This document shows positions 48,948 to 57,916 of a stretch of 64,000 nt of DNA, piece after piece (position 1 is the first letter of the stretch; every line of letters begins with the position of its first letter). Origin of the DNA: Patescibacteria group bacterium (GTDB lineage Bacteria > Patescibacteriota > Patescibacteriia > Magasanikbacterales > GWA2-37-8); the NCBI GenBank assembly GCA_041651015.1, contig JBAZKA010000005.1:1326-65325 (forward strand). The letters run 5' to 3'. Under the pieces are notes generated by a model that saw only the letters and a list, made by a program, of their open reading frames with translations, did no database searches and was not told the DNA's origin. The position numbers and the translations under genes were made by a program.

Positions 48948-49129
48948 GGCTTTCTTCCTTTTTTACCTCAAACGCGTTCGCGAGTGAGGTTTGGTTGTAT
49001 CTGCTCGTTGCCCCTTTCGGGGACGACCCGTATAACCCGGGAATCTGACAACATTGATTAAGACAGATTAAAACTGATTTAAACTGACGCGACAATGCCG
49101 ACAAATTTCCGGATCATACTTTTAATCCT

Positions 49130-49286
49130 ACCTGCCCCGACCTAAATGCGTCGGGGCCTATATTGTAAAGAGCAGGTTTTGCCATTAAATGGCCTATATT
49201 TCTATTTTAACCCATTTTCGTGGGTAAAACAAGATATATTAGCACGTTTTGGGGGATTTGTCAAGCCCCCTGCTGTGTGATATGAT
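49130..49286 (+). promoter_or_regulatory. About 120-bp conserved promoter repeat (copy 2) driving mnt-hepT
   Basis: Same repeat as 47296-47420. TTGTCA (49258-49263), 17-nt spacer, TATGAT (49281-49286), then GGGAGGG SD and ATG 49313. Confidence 0.65.
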
Positions 49287-49312
49287 GGGAGGGTAAAAAT
49301 GATGCAATTTAT

Positions 49313-49600
49313 ATGACTGCTACGCAAAAACAAATTAAAAGTGCTGTCTTACCCATATTAAAAAAATACGGTGTTTTAAAGTCTGCGCTTTTCGGATCGT
49401 TTGCCTCCGGTGAACAAAATAAAAAAAGTGATGTGGATATTTTAGTAAAGATGCCTCGCGGCAGTAGCTTGTTTGAATTGGTGGATTTACGTGTTGAGTT
49501 AAAAGATAAATTAAAACGTGATGTGGATCTTGTCACATATGAGTCAGTGCACCCTCGGCTTAAAGATAAAATTGCGGCATCATCCACCAGTATCTTATGA
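49313..49600 (+). CDS. Nucleotidyltransferase-family antitoxin (MntA-like)
   Basis: ALFGSFASGEQNKKSDVDILV minimal NTase motif (GS...DxD). Confidence 0.8.
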   Translation: MTATQKQIKSAVLPILKKYGVLKSALFGSFASGEQNKKSDVDILVKMPRGSSLFELVDLRVELKDKLKRDVDLVTYESVHPRLKDKIAASSTSIL

Positions 49601-49962
49601 AGAAAGATAAAGACACACAAGTATTTATTGAACATATTTTAGATTCCATTGAAGCGATTGAAAAATATATCGCCAATATGCCGTTTGAAGACTTTGCTAA
49701 AAATGGTTTAACTCAAGACGGCGTTTTCCGACGGCTGGAAATCATCGGTGAAGCGGTCAAAAATATACCCATAAGTTTTAGAAAAAATTATCCGGATATT
49801 CCTTGGCGAAAAATTGCCGGCATGCGCGATTTTTTAATTCATGAATATTTTGGGGTAGATATTAGATTGGTTTTTGAAACGGCAAGCGGGCGTTTACCAA
49901 AATTTAAACAACAAATTTTGGAAATTAAGTTTTCCGAACCGGCCTTGAAACTAAGGAAGTGA
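49597..49962 (+). CDS. HepT-like HEPN toxin (DUF86)
   Basis: R-x4-HxY motif (MRDFLIHEY). Overlaps mnt by 4 nt. Confidence 0.8.
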   Translation: MKKDKDTQVFIEHILDSIEAIEKYIANMPFEDFAKNGLTQDGVFRRLEIIGEAVKNIPISFRKNYPDIPWRKIAGMRDFLIHEYFGVDIRLVFETASGRLPKFKQQILEIKFSEPALKLRK

Positions 49963-50264
49963 ATATTCGGTCATTATTAAGTTATTTTTCCTTCGGTTCC
50001 ACCGCCGACACCGGCTGTAAGGAAGAACCACTGAGCGAAATTGCTGGACTTGAATTAGATGAAAATACGTTAGATGATTTGGATAAAATTAATGAATTTA
50101 ATATTCGCGCCAGATACCCGGATTATAAAAATGAATTTTATAAAAAATGCGATAAGAAATATGCGAATAAATATTTGGTAATCATCAAAAAAATTTATTT
50201 AAATTTATGTCAAGGCTTGAAGCAAAAAAATAGTCAAAAAATACGCGGAAGTATTGAAAGATAA
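49959..50264 (+). other. Orphan C-terminal module 3: conserved junction (SFGSTADTGCKEEP) fused to a HEPN-like fragment; GTG start overlapping the hepT stop
   Basis: Nucleotides tccttcggttccaccgccgacaccggctgtaag are identical to the 47903-47935 junction. The downstream part (NEFNIRARYPDYKNEFYKKCDKKYANKYLVIIKKIYLNL) carries a HEPN-type (A)RYPD signature. Confidence 0.6.
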
Positions 50265-50520
50265 CAAATTTCCTTTTTTCGCGATTTATCTTTTCGGTTC
50301 GCACGCCAAAAATCACGCGAGTCGTTGGAGCGATATTGATGTGGCGGTAATCACCGATCGTTTAAACAGAGATAATGATACGGCGAGATTTGACTTAAGA
50401 AAATATCGCCGTGCTGTTGATGTGCGCATTGAGCCGCATGGTTTTAACGTAAAAGATTTTGCGGTTGCCGCTGATCCGTTGGTGCATGAGATTAAGAAGA
50501 CGGGGATACGCATTGTTTAA
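50254..50520 (+). CDS. Nucleotidyltransferase-domain protein (MNT-like), TTG start, possibly N-terminally truncated
   Basis: IYLFGSHAKNHASRWSDIDVAV (GS..DxD). No in-frame ATG after the upstream stop. Partner of the HEPN-like orphan. Confidence 0.5.
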   Translation: MKDNKFPFFAIYLFGSHAKNHASRWSDIDVAVITDRLNRDNDTARFDLRKYRRAVDVRIEPHGFNVKDFAVAADPLVHEIKKTGIRIV

Positions 50521-50533
50521 ATTAAATATTTAT

Positions 50534-50562
50534 AAACGCGTCCAAATACGGCGCGTTTTTTG
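50534..50562 (+). terminator. Terminator ending the cassette array
   Basis: aacgcgtccaaatacggcgcgtttttt. Confidence 0.6.
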
Positions 50563-50656
50563 TTTGCCGCCGACCGTGGTAAAAAATATGCAAATGTAAA
50601 TATAACCGCCTTGTTTTTGAAGACAAGGCGGTACGGATAAACAAAGAGCAATTTTT

Positions 50657-51187
50657 TTACCATGAGATGTGGATTATGGCAAGATCAGGGTCATGACCTA
50701 TTATTTCATTCTGATAATAGGAGTCACTAGCGGGACAAAACTTTATTTCCACCCCCAGCCCCCTTGATTTGATATCAGAAATCACGAGATTGAGTTCATT
50801 ACTGGCTACAAGTGTACGTCCGCCCCAGAGACGTTCTTCCACGCTGTACCACGGTAGCCGATAATTGCTCTCAAAATGAGCTATGGAGAAAATCTCGCTG
50901 TGCGTGAACACTTTAATATCATTATTTTCATAACTTTTTTTACGAACCGGGTCGCTTCTATCCATAATGACAAATGAATTTTTATCTTCCTTGGCAACTT
51001 TTGTAGCTATTTCCATAATTGCCGCGACATATTTATCCGCTTGTCTTTTGATAAATTCCGGCGAGCTTGTAATGCGGCGTAATTCATCAGCCGCTTTTTC
51101 CTCTAGAAATTTACGTTGCTCATTTTCTTGCCGTGCTTGGCGCATCAGATCGTGGAGCTGCGTGGCTGTTTTGATTTTTTCATTCAT
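50657..51187 (-). CDS. Hypothetical protein (176 aa)
   Basis: Start at MNEKIKTATQ (GGAGG-ATG at 51187). Confidence 0.5.
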   Translation of the reverse strand: MNEKIKTATQLHDLMRQARQENEQRKFLEEKAADELRRITSSPEFIKRQADKYVAAIMEIATKVAKEDKNSFVIMDRSDPVRKKSYENNDIKVFTHSEIFSIAHFESNYRLPWYSVEERLWGGRTLVASNELNLVISDIKSRGLGVEIKFCPASDSYYQNEIIGHDPDLAIIHISW

Positions 51188-51434
51188 GGGAGCCTCCTCA
51201 TGCAAATAGATGCTGTTTTGATACAAAAAATTGTCAAAGAAGTTAACTATATCAATTGAGTATATTGAAGCATAAAACAGTAGTGCGGTCAAGTATAATA
51301 AGGGGAAAAGTTCGGTGGCATTATTAGTTAAAACGCCTTTACCTATTGTGGATAAATCCCAATACTTTTAAACTTTGTCTTGCCGCGTCCTTTGTGCTAT
51401 AATAACATCATAAACGTAAGCCCGATTCGGCTTT

Positions 51435-54400
51435 ATGAATAATTCCCTCCTGAACAAGGGGAGATGGTTGTGGCAGAAAATTAAACCGCGAAGGCGGCTT
51501 GGTTTTGTTTCCATATTTTTGCTAATGTCGGTCTTTTTGTTCGCGATGTTTGTGGTGGGAATCCATCCGGCGTATGCCGATTTTGGCAGTACGCTTTCCG
51601 AGTGGTTAGGAAATTTAGTTTTGGGATTGGCGGCGACTTTCATGTCCATTACGGTTTTTATTTTGAAATTCGTCATTGAAATCGCCAGCTATAATCATTA
51701 TATCAACGCGCCGGCCGTCACTCTCGGCTGGGTGTTGGTGCGCGACGTCACCAACATGTTTTTTGTTTTGATTTTAATGGTGATCGCGTTTGGCACAGTT
51801 CTCGGCATAGAGCAATACGAATGGAAAAAATTATTGGTCAAGTTTGTCATGGCCGCCATACTGGTTAATTTTTCTCGTTTGATTTGCGGCGTCATCATTG
51901 ATGCGGCCCAAGTGTTTATGATGACTTTTATTTCCGGCGCGGCCGCGACCGCTGGCGGAAATTTGGTCAATGCTTTGCACATGAATGATATTTTAGCTTT
52001 TGCCACCGATGCCGACCCGAGCGCGTTGAGTACTGATATAAATGTTCTTGTTTCAGCAATAGTCGCTTGTATTTTTGCCTTTACCGCCATGGTGGTGATT
52101 GGCGCGTATCTACTCATGCTGATTGCACGCGTCATCGCGCTTTGGATTTGCATTATTTTGTCGCCGTTGGCTTTTGTGCTTGGCGTAATTCCCAAATTTC
52201 AATCTTACGCCAGCCAGTGGTGGACTGAATTTACCAACAATGTTTTGTCCGGGCCGGTGTTGGCATTTTTTTTATGGTTGGCTTTTGCCGTGGCCGGAGG
52301 CGCTAACATCCACGATGAATTCACCGGCGCCAATTCCGGCTATCCAATTACAGATGCGGAAACCGCCATGCAAGAGGCATCGACAGCCACCGGCGGCGAG
52401 CCGAGCATGAACCTTAACAAAGTTTTGCAATGGGAAAATTTAGCGAATTTTATTTTAGCGGCGGCATTGTTGCTGGCCGGCGTGAAAACCACGCAAAAAT
52501 TATCCGCGGCCGGAGCTGGTATGCTTGGCGCCGCGGCCGGCGCAGCCACTAAGTTTGCTTATGCGGCGTCCGGCGCCGCGGCCGGTTTGGCCGCCGCCAA
52601 GTGGACGGGGAAGACGGCAAAGGCCGTGGGAAAAGGTATTGCCATGAATGTGCCGTTAGTGGGAGGAAATGCATGGAAAGAACGGGGAGAAAATTTAGCG
52701 TTGAACGCGAAACTTGGGATGCAAGCAGGGAAGGATTTTTATAATAGACAAATACTTGAACGTGGGTCGCATGCCTTTGCTCGAACAAAGCCCGGCAAAT
52801 TCTTGGCAGCTGCTGGGGGTGTCGTTGGCCTGAATAAAGGAGATATTTCTAGTCAGTTTATGATTGGTACTAGGGCGGCGCAAATTAAAACGAAGAAAGA
52901 TATGCTGGAAAATCGTATTAAGCTTGCTGAAACATCTGTAAAGGAACCGGAAGATCTAAAACAAAAACAGGCTGATCTCAAGGCCAACGTTGAGCTCGGA
53001 AAACTAATAAAAGCCGGTGTTATTGCAAAACGTGATGAGCAGGCGTGGAAAAATCTTGAGGAGAAAATTGCGCCTGATAGTAAAGGTAGGGGTGAAAAAT
53101 TAGTTGACATGGCTGCCAGCATGCAAGCAAAGGCTGATTTGTTTGAATCTAAACACAAACAAGAACAACAAGTAAGGTTGTTATCCGCGAAAGAAGATGT
53201 TTTGCGGAAAAAAGCCGGTGAAACCGGCATTGGAGGCTACACGGTGGAAGCTGATAAAGCCAAAGCTGAACGCTTGGGGATTGAAAATGAAAAAATGGTG
53301 AAGGAGGCCGGCGGTATTGATAATTTAACTGATCAACAAAAATTAGAATTTCAAAAAAATAAACAATTTATTGATATTTCCGCGGCGCAAACAAAATTAA
53401 TTGAAGAACAAACTCAGGTCGCCGGTGAGCAAGCTAAACAGGTGTTGTTGACCGGTGCTGGCGAGGAATCCGGGCGCTTAGAAGGCATTCAAGGGCGCCA
53501 AGCTGAGTTGATGAAAGAAAAGGAGTTGATTACCCAAGATAATCGCGCGATTGAAGAAATTAGACAGCTAAAGCGTATAGAGGAGCTATTGCGGACAAGC
53601 GGAAGAATGCAAGATTTAAACAGCAGTTTGCATGGAAATAAAATTGAACTGGATGACGCGAAAATAGAAACCGATCGGGCGACTTCGGAACTAAACGCCA
53701 AAAGCTATGAGGGTAAAGGCCGAGATGATTTGGCGCGTTTGGAACACGCAAAATTTGCGAACAGTTATTTTAAGAAAATGCAGGAAAATTTTGCCGATTA
53801 TAGTTATAATGATTTTGCAACTGAAGCCCCGGCGCAATTTAAACGTGTTCAGGATGCCGCGGCAGCATATGATGGCGTGAAGGGGACAGGTAGTCCAGAC
53901 GAAGCCGAAAAAACGAAAGCGTACCAAAAAGAGGCGGCCAAAACCGCGAGCTTTGTAGCTCTGAGCATGCGTGACGCCTCAACTTACAAAGCAGTTGAAG
54001 ACGCGGCAACAAAGGTGATCCCTTACACCGGCGACAGGTCACCGGAAAACAGGCAAAATATTCTCGCCTCAATGATTAGCGGACGAGACATGAAAGGTAA
54101 GAATAGTGTTGAGCTTAATAGCGAATTAAGCGGTCTTAATAGAAATAATCAGCACCAAGTTAATGCCATGTTGAAAATTTTGCAAGACAACGCCAAGACA
54201 TTGGCCTCTAAGTCTGGCTATGCTTCAGTGGTATCTGGTGTCAAATATGATACGGTGAAGGGAAACTATTCTCTTGGTTATAATAAAGAAGATGCTGATT
54301 ATTATTCTACCCATGCCAATATGCGTGAGGCAACGAATGCCTACCACATAATCTATCAAGACAAGACAGGTGATCTCAACATCGACGTGCACAATGAAAA

Positions 54401-54659
54401 TGCTTTTATAAGTCAAGTTAAGAACGCGGATCAAAATAATGTGGGTCGCGTGTTCCTTCCCGCGTTAATGGCTGACTTGAATGAAAAAATGGAAGCCCTT
54501 GATCCTGCTAAGCTGGATGGATTCCTAAAACATGTAGCCGAAGGCATGACAGACGACAAAGCACTTAAAATTTTAATCAAACGCATGGAGAAAATTTTGA
54601 AAAAATCCGGTAAAACAGAGGCGGAAATTTTAAAGTATTGGAAAGATTCGCATAAGTAA
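51435..54659 (+). CDS. VirB6/TrbL-like polytopic membrane protein with about 700-aa C-terminal coiled-coil/charged extension
   Basis: About 330-aa N-terminal region with 6-7 TM helices in TrbL/VirB6-like spacing, Gly/Ala-rich hinge, then long Lys/Glu/Ala-rich alpha-helical tail. Confidence 0.6.
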   Translation: MNNSLLNKGRWLWQKIKPRRRLGFVSIFLLMSVFLFAMFVVGIHPAYADFGSTLSEWLGNLVLGLAATFMSITVFILKFVIEIASYNHYINAPAVTLGWVLVRDVTNMFFVLILMVIAFGTVLGIEQYEWKKLLVKFVMAAILVNFSRLICGVIIDAAQVFMMTFISGAAATAGGNLVNALHMNDILAFATDADPSALSTDINVLVSAIVACIFAFTAMVVIGAYLLMLIARVIALWICIILSPLAFVLGVIPKFQSYASQWWTEFTNNVLSGPVLAFFLWLAFAVAGGANIHDEFTGANSGYPITDAETAMQEASTATGGEPSMNLNKVLQWENLANFILAAALLLAGVKTTQKLSAAGAGMLGAAAGAATKFAYAASGAAAGLAAAKWTGKTAKAVGKGIAMNVPLVGGNAWKERGENLALNAKLGMQAGKDFYNRQILERGSHAFARTKPGKFLAAAGGVVGLNKGDISSQFMIGTRAAQIKTKKDMLENRIKLAETSVKEPEDLKQKQADLKANVELGKLIKAGVIAKRDEQAWKNLEEKIAPDSKGRGEKLVDMAASMQAKADLFESKHKQEQQVRLLSAKEDVLRKKAGETGIGGYTVEADKAKAERLGIENEKMVKEAGGIDNLTDQQKLEFQKNKQFIDISAAQTKLIEEQTQVAGEQAKQVLLTGAGEESGRLEGIQGRQAELMKEKELITQDNRAIEEIRQLKRIEELLRTSGRMQDLNSSLHGNKIELDDAKIETDRATSELNAKSYEGKGRDDLARLEHAKFANSYFKKMQENFADYSYNDFATEAPAQFKRVQDAAAAYDGVKGTGSPDEAEKTKAYQKEAAKTASFVALSMRDASTYKAVEDAATKVIPYTGDRSPENRQNILASMISGRDMKGKNSVELNSELSGLNRNNQHQVNAMLKILQDNAKTLASKSGYASVVSGVKYDTVKGNYSLGYNKEDADYYSTHANMREATNAYHIIYQDKTGDLNIDVHNENAFISQVKNADQNNVGRVFLPALMADLNEKMEALDPAKLDGFLKHVAEGMTDDKALKILIKRMEKILKKSGKTEAEILKYWKDSHK

Positions 54660-54667
54660 AACATATT

Positions 54668-55663
54668 ATGCAATCATTTCATCCAAAATTAATCGGTTCA
54701 AAAACATTTGAAGAATTGTTCAAGGATTTTTTTGAAACCGCGCGATATGATTCTGTGCAAATGGAGGTGACGAGATTGGAATTATTCAGTTTGTTTGGCG
54801 AGATGAGCATAACTGAGATTCAGGAGTATCGCCGGACTTATTGGCCATTTTATGTTTATGCCATTTGGTCAAATCCTTTGGATGTTCGCCCGGAAGTAAT
54901 GATAAAGAATATTGCGATTCAATTGCCCGATGCTGTGCGGCTGGGTTTTGATATTTTAGATAAAATTCTTTCATACGCGAATTTTCGTTTGACATTGGAG
55001 CCGGACATTCAATCATTTTTTGCCAAGACGCGCGACGCTTTGGAGAGATCCGACTGGCCGATCGGCGTATTGCCAAATGGTAAAATTTATACAATTGCCG
55101 ATTGCGTCAAAGAGGTTATGATGAATGAAAGTAGAGCGAGCAACAGTATGGAATATGCCGAGCTGTATCAGAAATTATCAAAGCTGATATTTCCAAACGG
55201 TTTAAATGATGAGTTGTATAAAAAAGAATATATTTATATTACGACTCACGAGGCTGTTGATAATTTGATCAAAATAATTACCGTGTTAACACAAAATTCA
55301 CCAGAGACCCTTACTCAATTAGTTGATCAATATGCACATCCGGAGATTTATGACCCTGATTATGGCATGAATATAAATATTAAAACTGAACCTGTGATGT
55401 CAAGTCAAGATGGCAAGCCTTCATCACCCATAACCCCACCCGCAAACCCTATGCCCCCAACTCCACCCCTCGTCAAACCCGCGCCCGCGGAAATCCGCGC
55501 GAAAATTGATGCCGCGTTTGAAAAAGACGCGCAAGGAAATTACAAAGATTTAGATGGTGTGTTTATTGTTTTGGGACGTGCGGCCGCTAAATACAACGAC
55601 CCAAAGATCGCCGAATTATATTATTTTGATGACAATGCCGGTGAGTTTAAATGGAATGTTTAA
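54668..55663 (+). CDS. Hypothetical protein with Pro-rich C-terminus (T4SS-cluster associated)
   Basis: 331 aa. PITPPANPMPPTPPLVKPAPA linker. Confidence 0.5.
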   Translation: MQSFHPKLIGSKTFEELFKDFFETARYDSVQMEVTRLELFSLFGEMSITEIQEYRRTYWPFYVYAIWSNPLDVRPEVMIKNIAIQLPDAVRLGFDILDKILSYANFRLTLEPDIQSFFAKTRDALERSDWPIGVLPNGKIYTIADCVKEVMMNESRASNSMEYAELYQKLSKLIFPNGLNDELYKKEYIYITTHEAVDNLIKIITVLTQNSPETLTQLVDQYAHPEIYDPDYGMNINIKTEPVMSSQDGKPSSPITPPANPMPPTPPLVKPAPAEIRAKIDAAFEKDAQGNYKDLDGVFIVLGRAAAKYNDPKIAELYYFDDNAGEFKWNV

Positions 55664-55664
55664 T

Positions 55665-56780
55665 ATGACAGATGAAGTTTTAATCCCAGTCAAAAAATTA
55701 GACGGCACGGTGGAAAAAATCACCATGGCCGAATTTCAGACTCGGCAAAAAAATAAACAGCGTGCCAAGACGGCCGTGGTAATTACGCAAAAACCAATTT
55801 CGCCGGCACAAACTGTCGTCATTCCCGCACCCACGACGCCAAAGACGGTTATCAATGAAAAAATTAAAGAAGAACCGGCGTTGGAAGAATTACCCAAGAC
55901 AACCGCTAATGCCCCGCGAGTCAGTCCGGATAGAAAAGCCGAGGCTGGGGAGATCGTTCGCAAATTAAATTTACAAATTTCATCTGATGCCAAAAATCGT
56001 TTGCTTGGTTTGGTTCAACTGCGCCTCAAAGATGTGCGCGGCGAGGAAGAAGTAAAAGAATGGCTCGTCCGTTCGGAAAATCAATATGGCATTGGTTTAG
56101 ATGCCGTGGCCGCGGATAAAGTTATCATGGCGGTTAATGATTTTATCAAAAAAAATATTCCCCAATCCGCTGAAGTTCCGGTTTTAAAAAAACCTCTCGG
56201 TGTGCCTAAAGCGCTTTTGAAAGAAGACCAAGAACCGTTCCCGGCCACATCATCCCCGATAAATTCGTTTGTGCATCGTAGCACGCCAGAGCCCCAAAGG
56301 GGCGAAGGTGGCCTTGGCTCGCCGAAGCAAAAAAGCGAAGGTGGCCGTAAATCTTTGGATGATTTGGTACGCGCCGAGTCCGTTAATATGGGTAATGATA
56401 TTTCCGGCCTGGTGGCGAAAAGAGAAATGCCGGCGCGGACAATGGTGCAAGATATTACGCCGGCCAAACCGGCCAATCTCGGGCCGGTGGAAGAAATTCG
56501 TTATTTCACGCTGACTGATTTTCGCCGGCTGTCCACCAACCCAAATGAAGCCGCCTCGCGTCTGGCGCAAAAATTTACGAATCTGCGGGACGAGTCGTAT
56601 ATTTTATTTATGAATGCTTTGGAAGCGTGGCGTTTGAGCCCGTTGTTTAATGATTATATTGGCGCTTCGGCCGCATCATTGAATATGAAAAAGAAAGTGG
56701 CGGAAAATATGGCTGATAAAAATAAAATTCAGATGAACGAAATTAAGGCCTTGATACAAATGGAGAAAGATTTGCTATAA
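55665..56780 (+). CDS. Hypothetical Lys/Pro-rich protein (T4SS-cluster associated)
   Basis: Start at MTDEVLIP (ATG 55665). Contains a GC-rich internal direct repeat (56290-56345; GEGGLGSPKQKSEGG). Confidence 0.5.
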   Translation: MTDEVLIPVKKLDGTVEKITMAEFQTRQKNKQRAKTAVVITQKPISPAQTVVIPAPTTPKTVINEKIKEEPALEELPKTTANAPRVSPDRKAEAGEIVRKLNLQISSDAKNRLLGLVQLRLKDVRGEEEVKEWLVRSENQYGIGLDAVAADKVIMAVNDFIKKNIPQSAEVPVLKKPLGVPKALLKEDQEPFPATSSPINSFVHRSTPEPQRGEGGLGSPKQKSEGGRKSLDDLVRAESVNMGNDISGLVAKREMPARTMVQDITPAKPANLGPVEEIRYFTLTDFRRLSTNPNEAASRLAQKFTNLRDESYILFMNALEAWRLSPLFNDYIGASAASLNMKKKVAENMADKNKIQMNEIKALIQMEKDLL

Positions 56781-56784
56781 TACT

Positions 56785-57222
56785 ATGGCGATGCAAACAC
56801 AATTTGTCGTGCCGCAATTCATTGATGTGGAAGACAAGATTTTTGGACCGGTGACGGCACGCCAGTTTGTGATTTTGTTGGTGTCCGGCTTGCTCATTGT
56901 ACTTGCTTATAAGTTGGCGGATTTTGCTTTATTTGTTTTTATCTTGGTGATATTGGGCGGCGGATCGCTGGTCATCGCTTTTGTCAAAGTCAACGGCCAA
57001 CCATTTCATTATGTAATTTTGAACATTATTCAGACATTGCGTCGTCCATCGCTCAGAATTTGGAATAAAGTTTTTGACACGGCGGATTTGAAACGCATAC
57101 GCGAAGAGGCGAAAGTAGTGGTGCCGGAAGCGGCTAAACCGATTCAGCGAATATCTTACAGCCGTTTGCGTGATTTATCCTTGACGGTCAATACCGGCGG
57201 ATATTATAAATCAGAAGACTAA
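56785..57222 (+). CDS. Small two-TM membrane protein, VirB3/PrgI-like by position and topology
   Basis: FGPVTARQFVILLVSGLLIVLAYKL...FVFILVILGGGSLVIAFV. Immediately precedes the VirB4 ORFs, as VirB3-type genes do. Confidence 0.4.
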   Translation: MAMQTQFVVPQFIDVEDKIFGPVTARQFVILLVSGLLIVLAYKLADFALFVFILVILGGGSLVIAFVKVNGQPFHYVILNIIQTLRRPSLRIWNKVFDTADLKRIREEAKVVVPEAAKPIQRISYSRLRDLSLTVNTGGYYKSED

Positions 57223-57224
57223 CT

Positions 57225-57911
57225 ATGAAAAATAATAATGCGGTCAAAAAACGCGCGGCCATCCCATCTTCACAAAAGAATTTGGCTTTGGCGGAAATTA
57301 AAAATGACACCATCTTGATGAAAGATGGGACTTTGCGCGCCGCTTTGGTCGTGTCCAGTATTAATTTTGCCCTCAAGAACGAGGATGAACAGCAGGCTAT
57401 TGTTAGCGCCTATGTTTCATTTTTGAACGGCTTGGACCATCCTTTACAAATTGTCATCCAATCTCGGCAACTAAATATTAAACCATATTTAGAAAAGTTG
57501 GCGCAAAAAGAACGCGAACAGCCCAACGAATTATTGCGCATGCAAATTGCCGACTATAGGTCCTTTGTCGGCGAGCTGGTCAGCCTGGGAAAAATTATGA
57601 GCAAAAATTTTTACGTGATTGTGCCATATGATCCGCTCTCAAATAAGAAACGCGGTTTTTGGGCGCGCGCGTCCGAAGTTTTAAACCCCGCCATCACCGT
57701 GCACCTGAAAGAAGAAAGATTTTTGAAACGAAAATATGATTTAGATATGCGCGTCCGCCAAATTGAATCTGGCCTCACCAGCATGGGTTTGGAAGTGGTG
57801 CGCTTGGATACGCAATCGTTGATTGAATTATTTTATTCAACTTACAACCCGGACATTTCATTGTCCGAGCCGCTCGCGCCAATCGGGGATTTTAATATAG
57901 AAAACGCCTGA
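57225..57911 (+). CDS. VirB4/TrbE-family ATPase, N-terminal domain encoded as a separate ORF
   Basis: ILMKDGTLRAALVVSSINFALKNEDEQQAIVSAYVSFLNGLDHPLQIVIQSRQLNIKPYL, ...NFYVIVPYDP..., ...EVVRLDTQSLIELFYSTYNPD. This matches the canonical N-terminus of Gram-positive-type VirB4 (PrgJ/TcpF class). Confidence 0.7.
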   Translation: MKNNNAVKKRAAIPSSQKNLALAEIKNDTILMKDGTLRAALVVSSINFALKNEDEQQAIVSAYVSFLNGLDHPLQIVIQSRQLNIKPYLEKLAQKEREQPNELLRMQIADYRSFVGELVSLGKIMSKNFYVIVPYDPLSNKKRGFWARASEVLNPAITVHLKEERFLKRKYDLDMRVRQIESGLTSMGLEVVRLDTQSLIELFYSTYNPDISLSEPLAPIGDFNIENA

Positions 57912-57916
57912 TTAAT

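Noticed and set aside
46502-48987. Alternative-frame ORFs through the (DS/DT)n repeat regions (for example 46502-47023, 46650-47054, 48599-48883, 48636-49061)
   Set aside because: Repeat DNA stays open in several frames. Only the frames with lipoprotein signal peptides and SDs are plausible.
56290-56345. Fifth copy of the palindromic element inside ORF 55665-56780
   Set aside because: It is GC-rich and repetitive (gcgaaggtggcc twice) but lacks the CCGCCCAAGGCGG core and outer arms, so it is treated as an internal direct repeat only.
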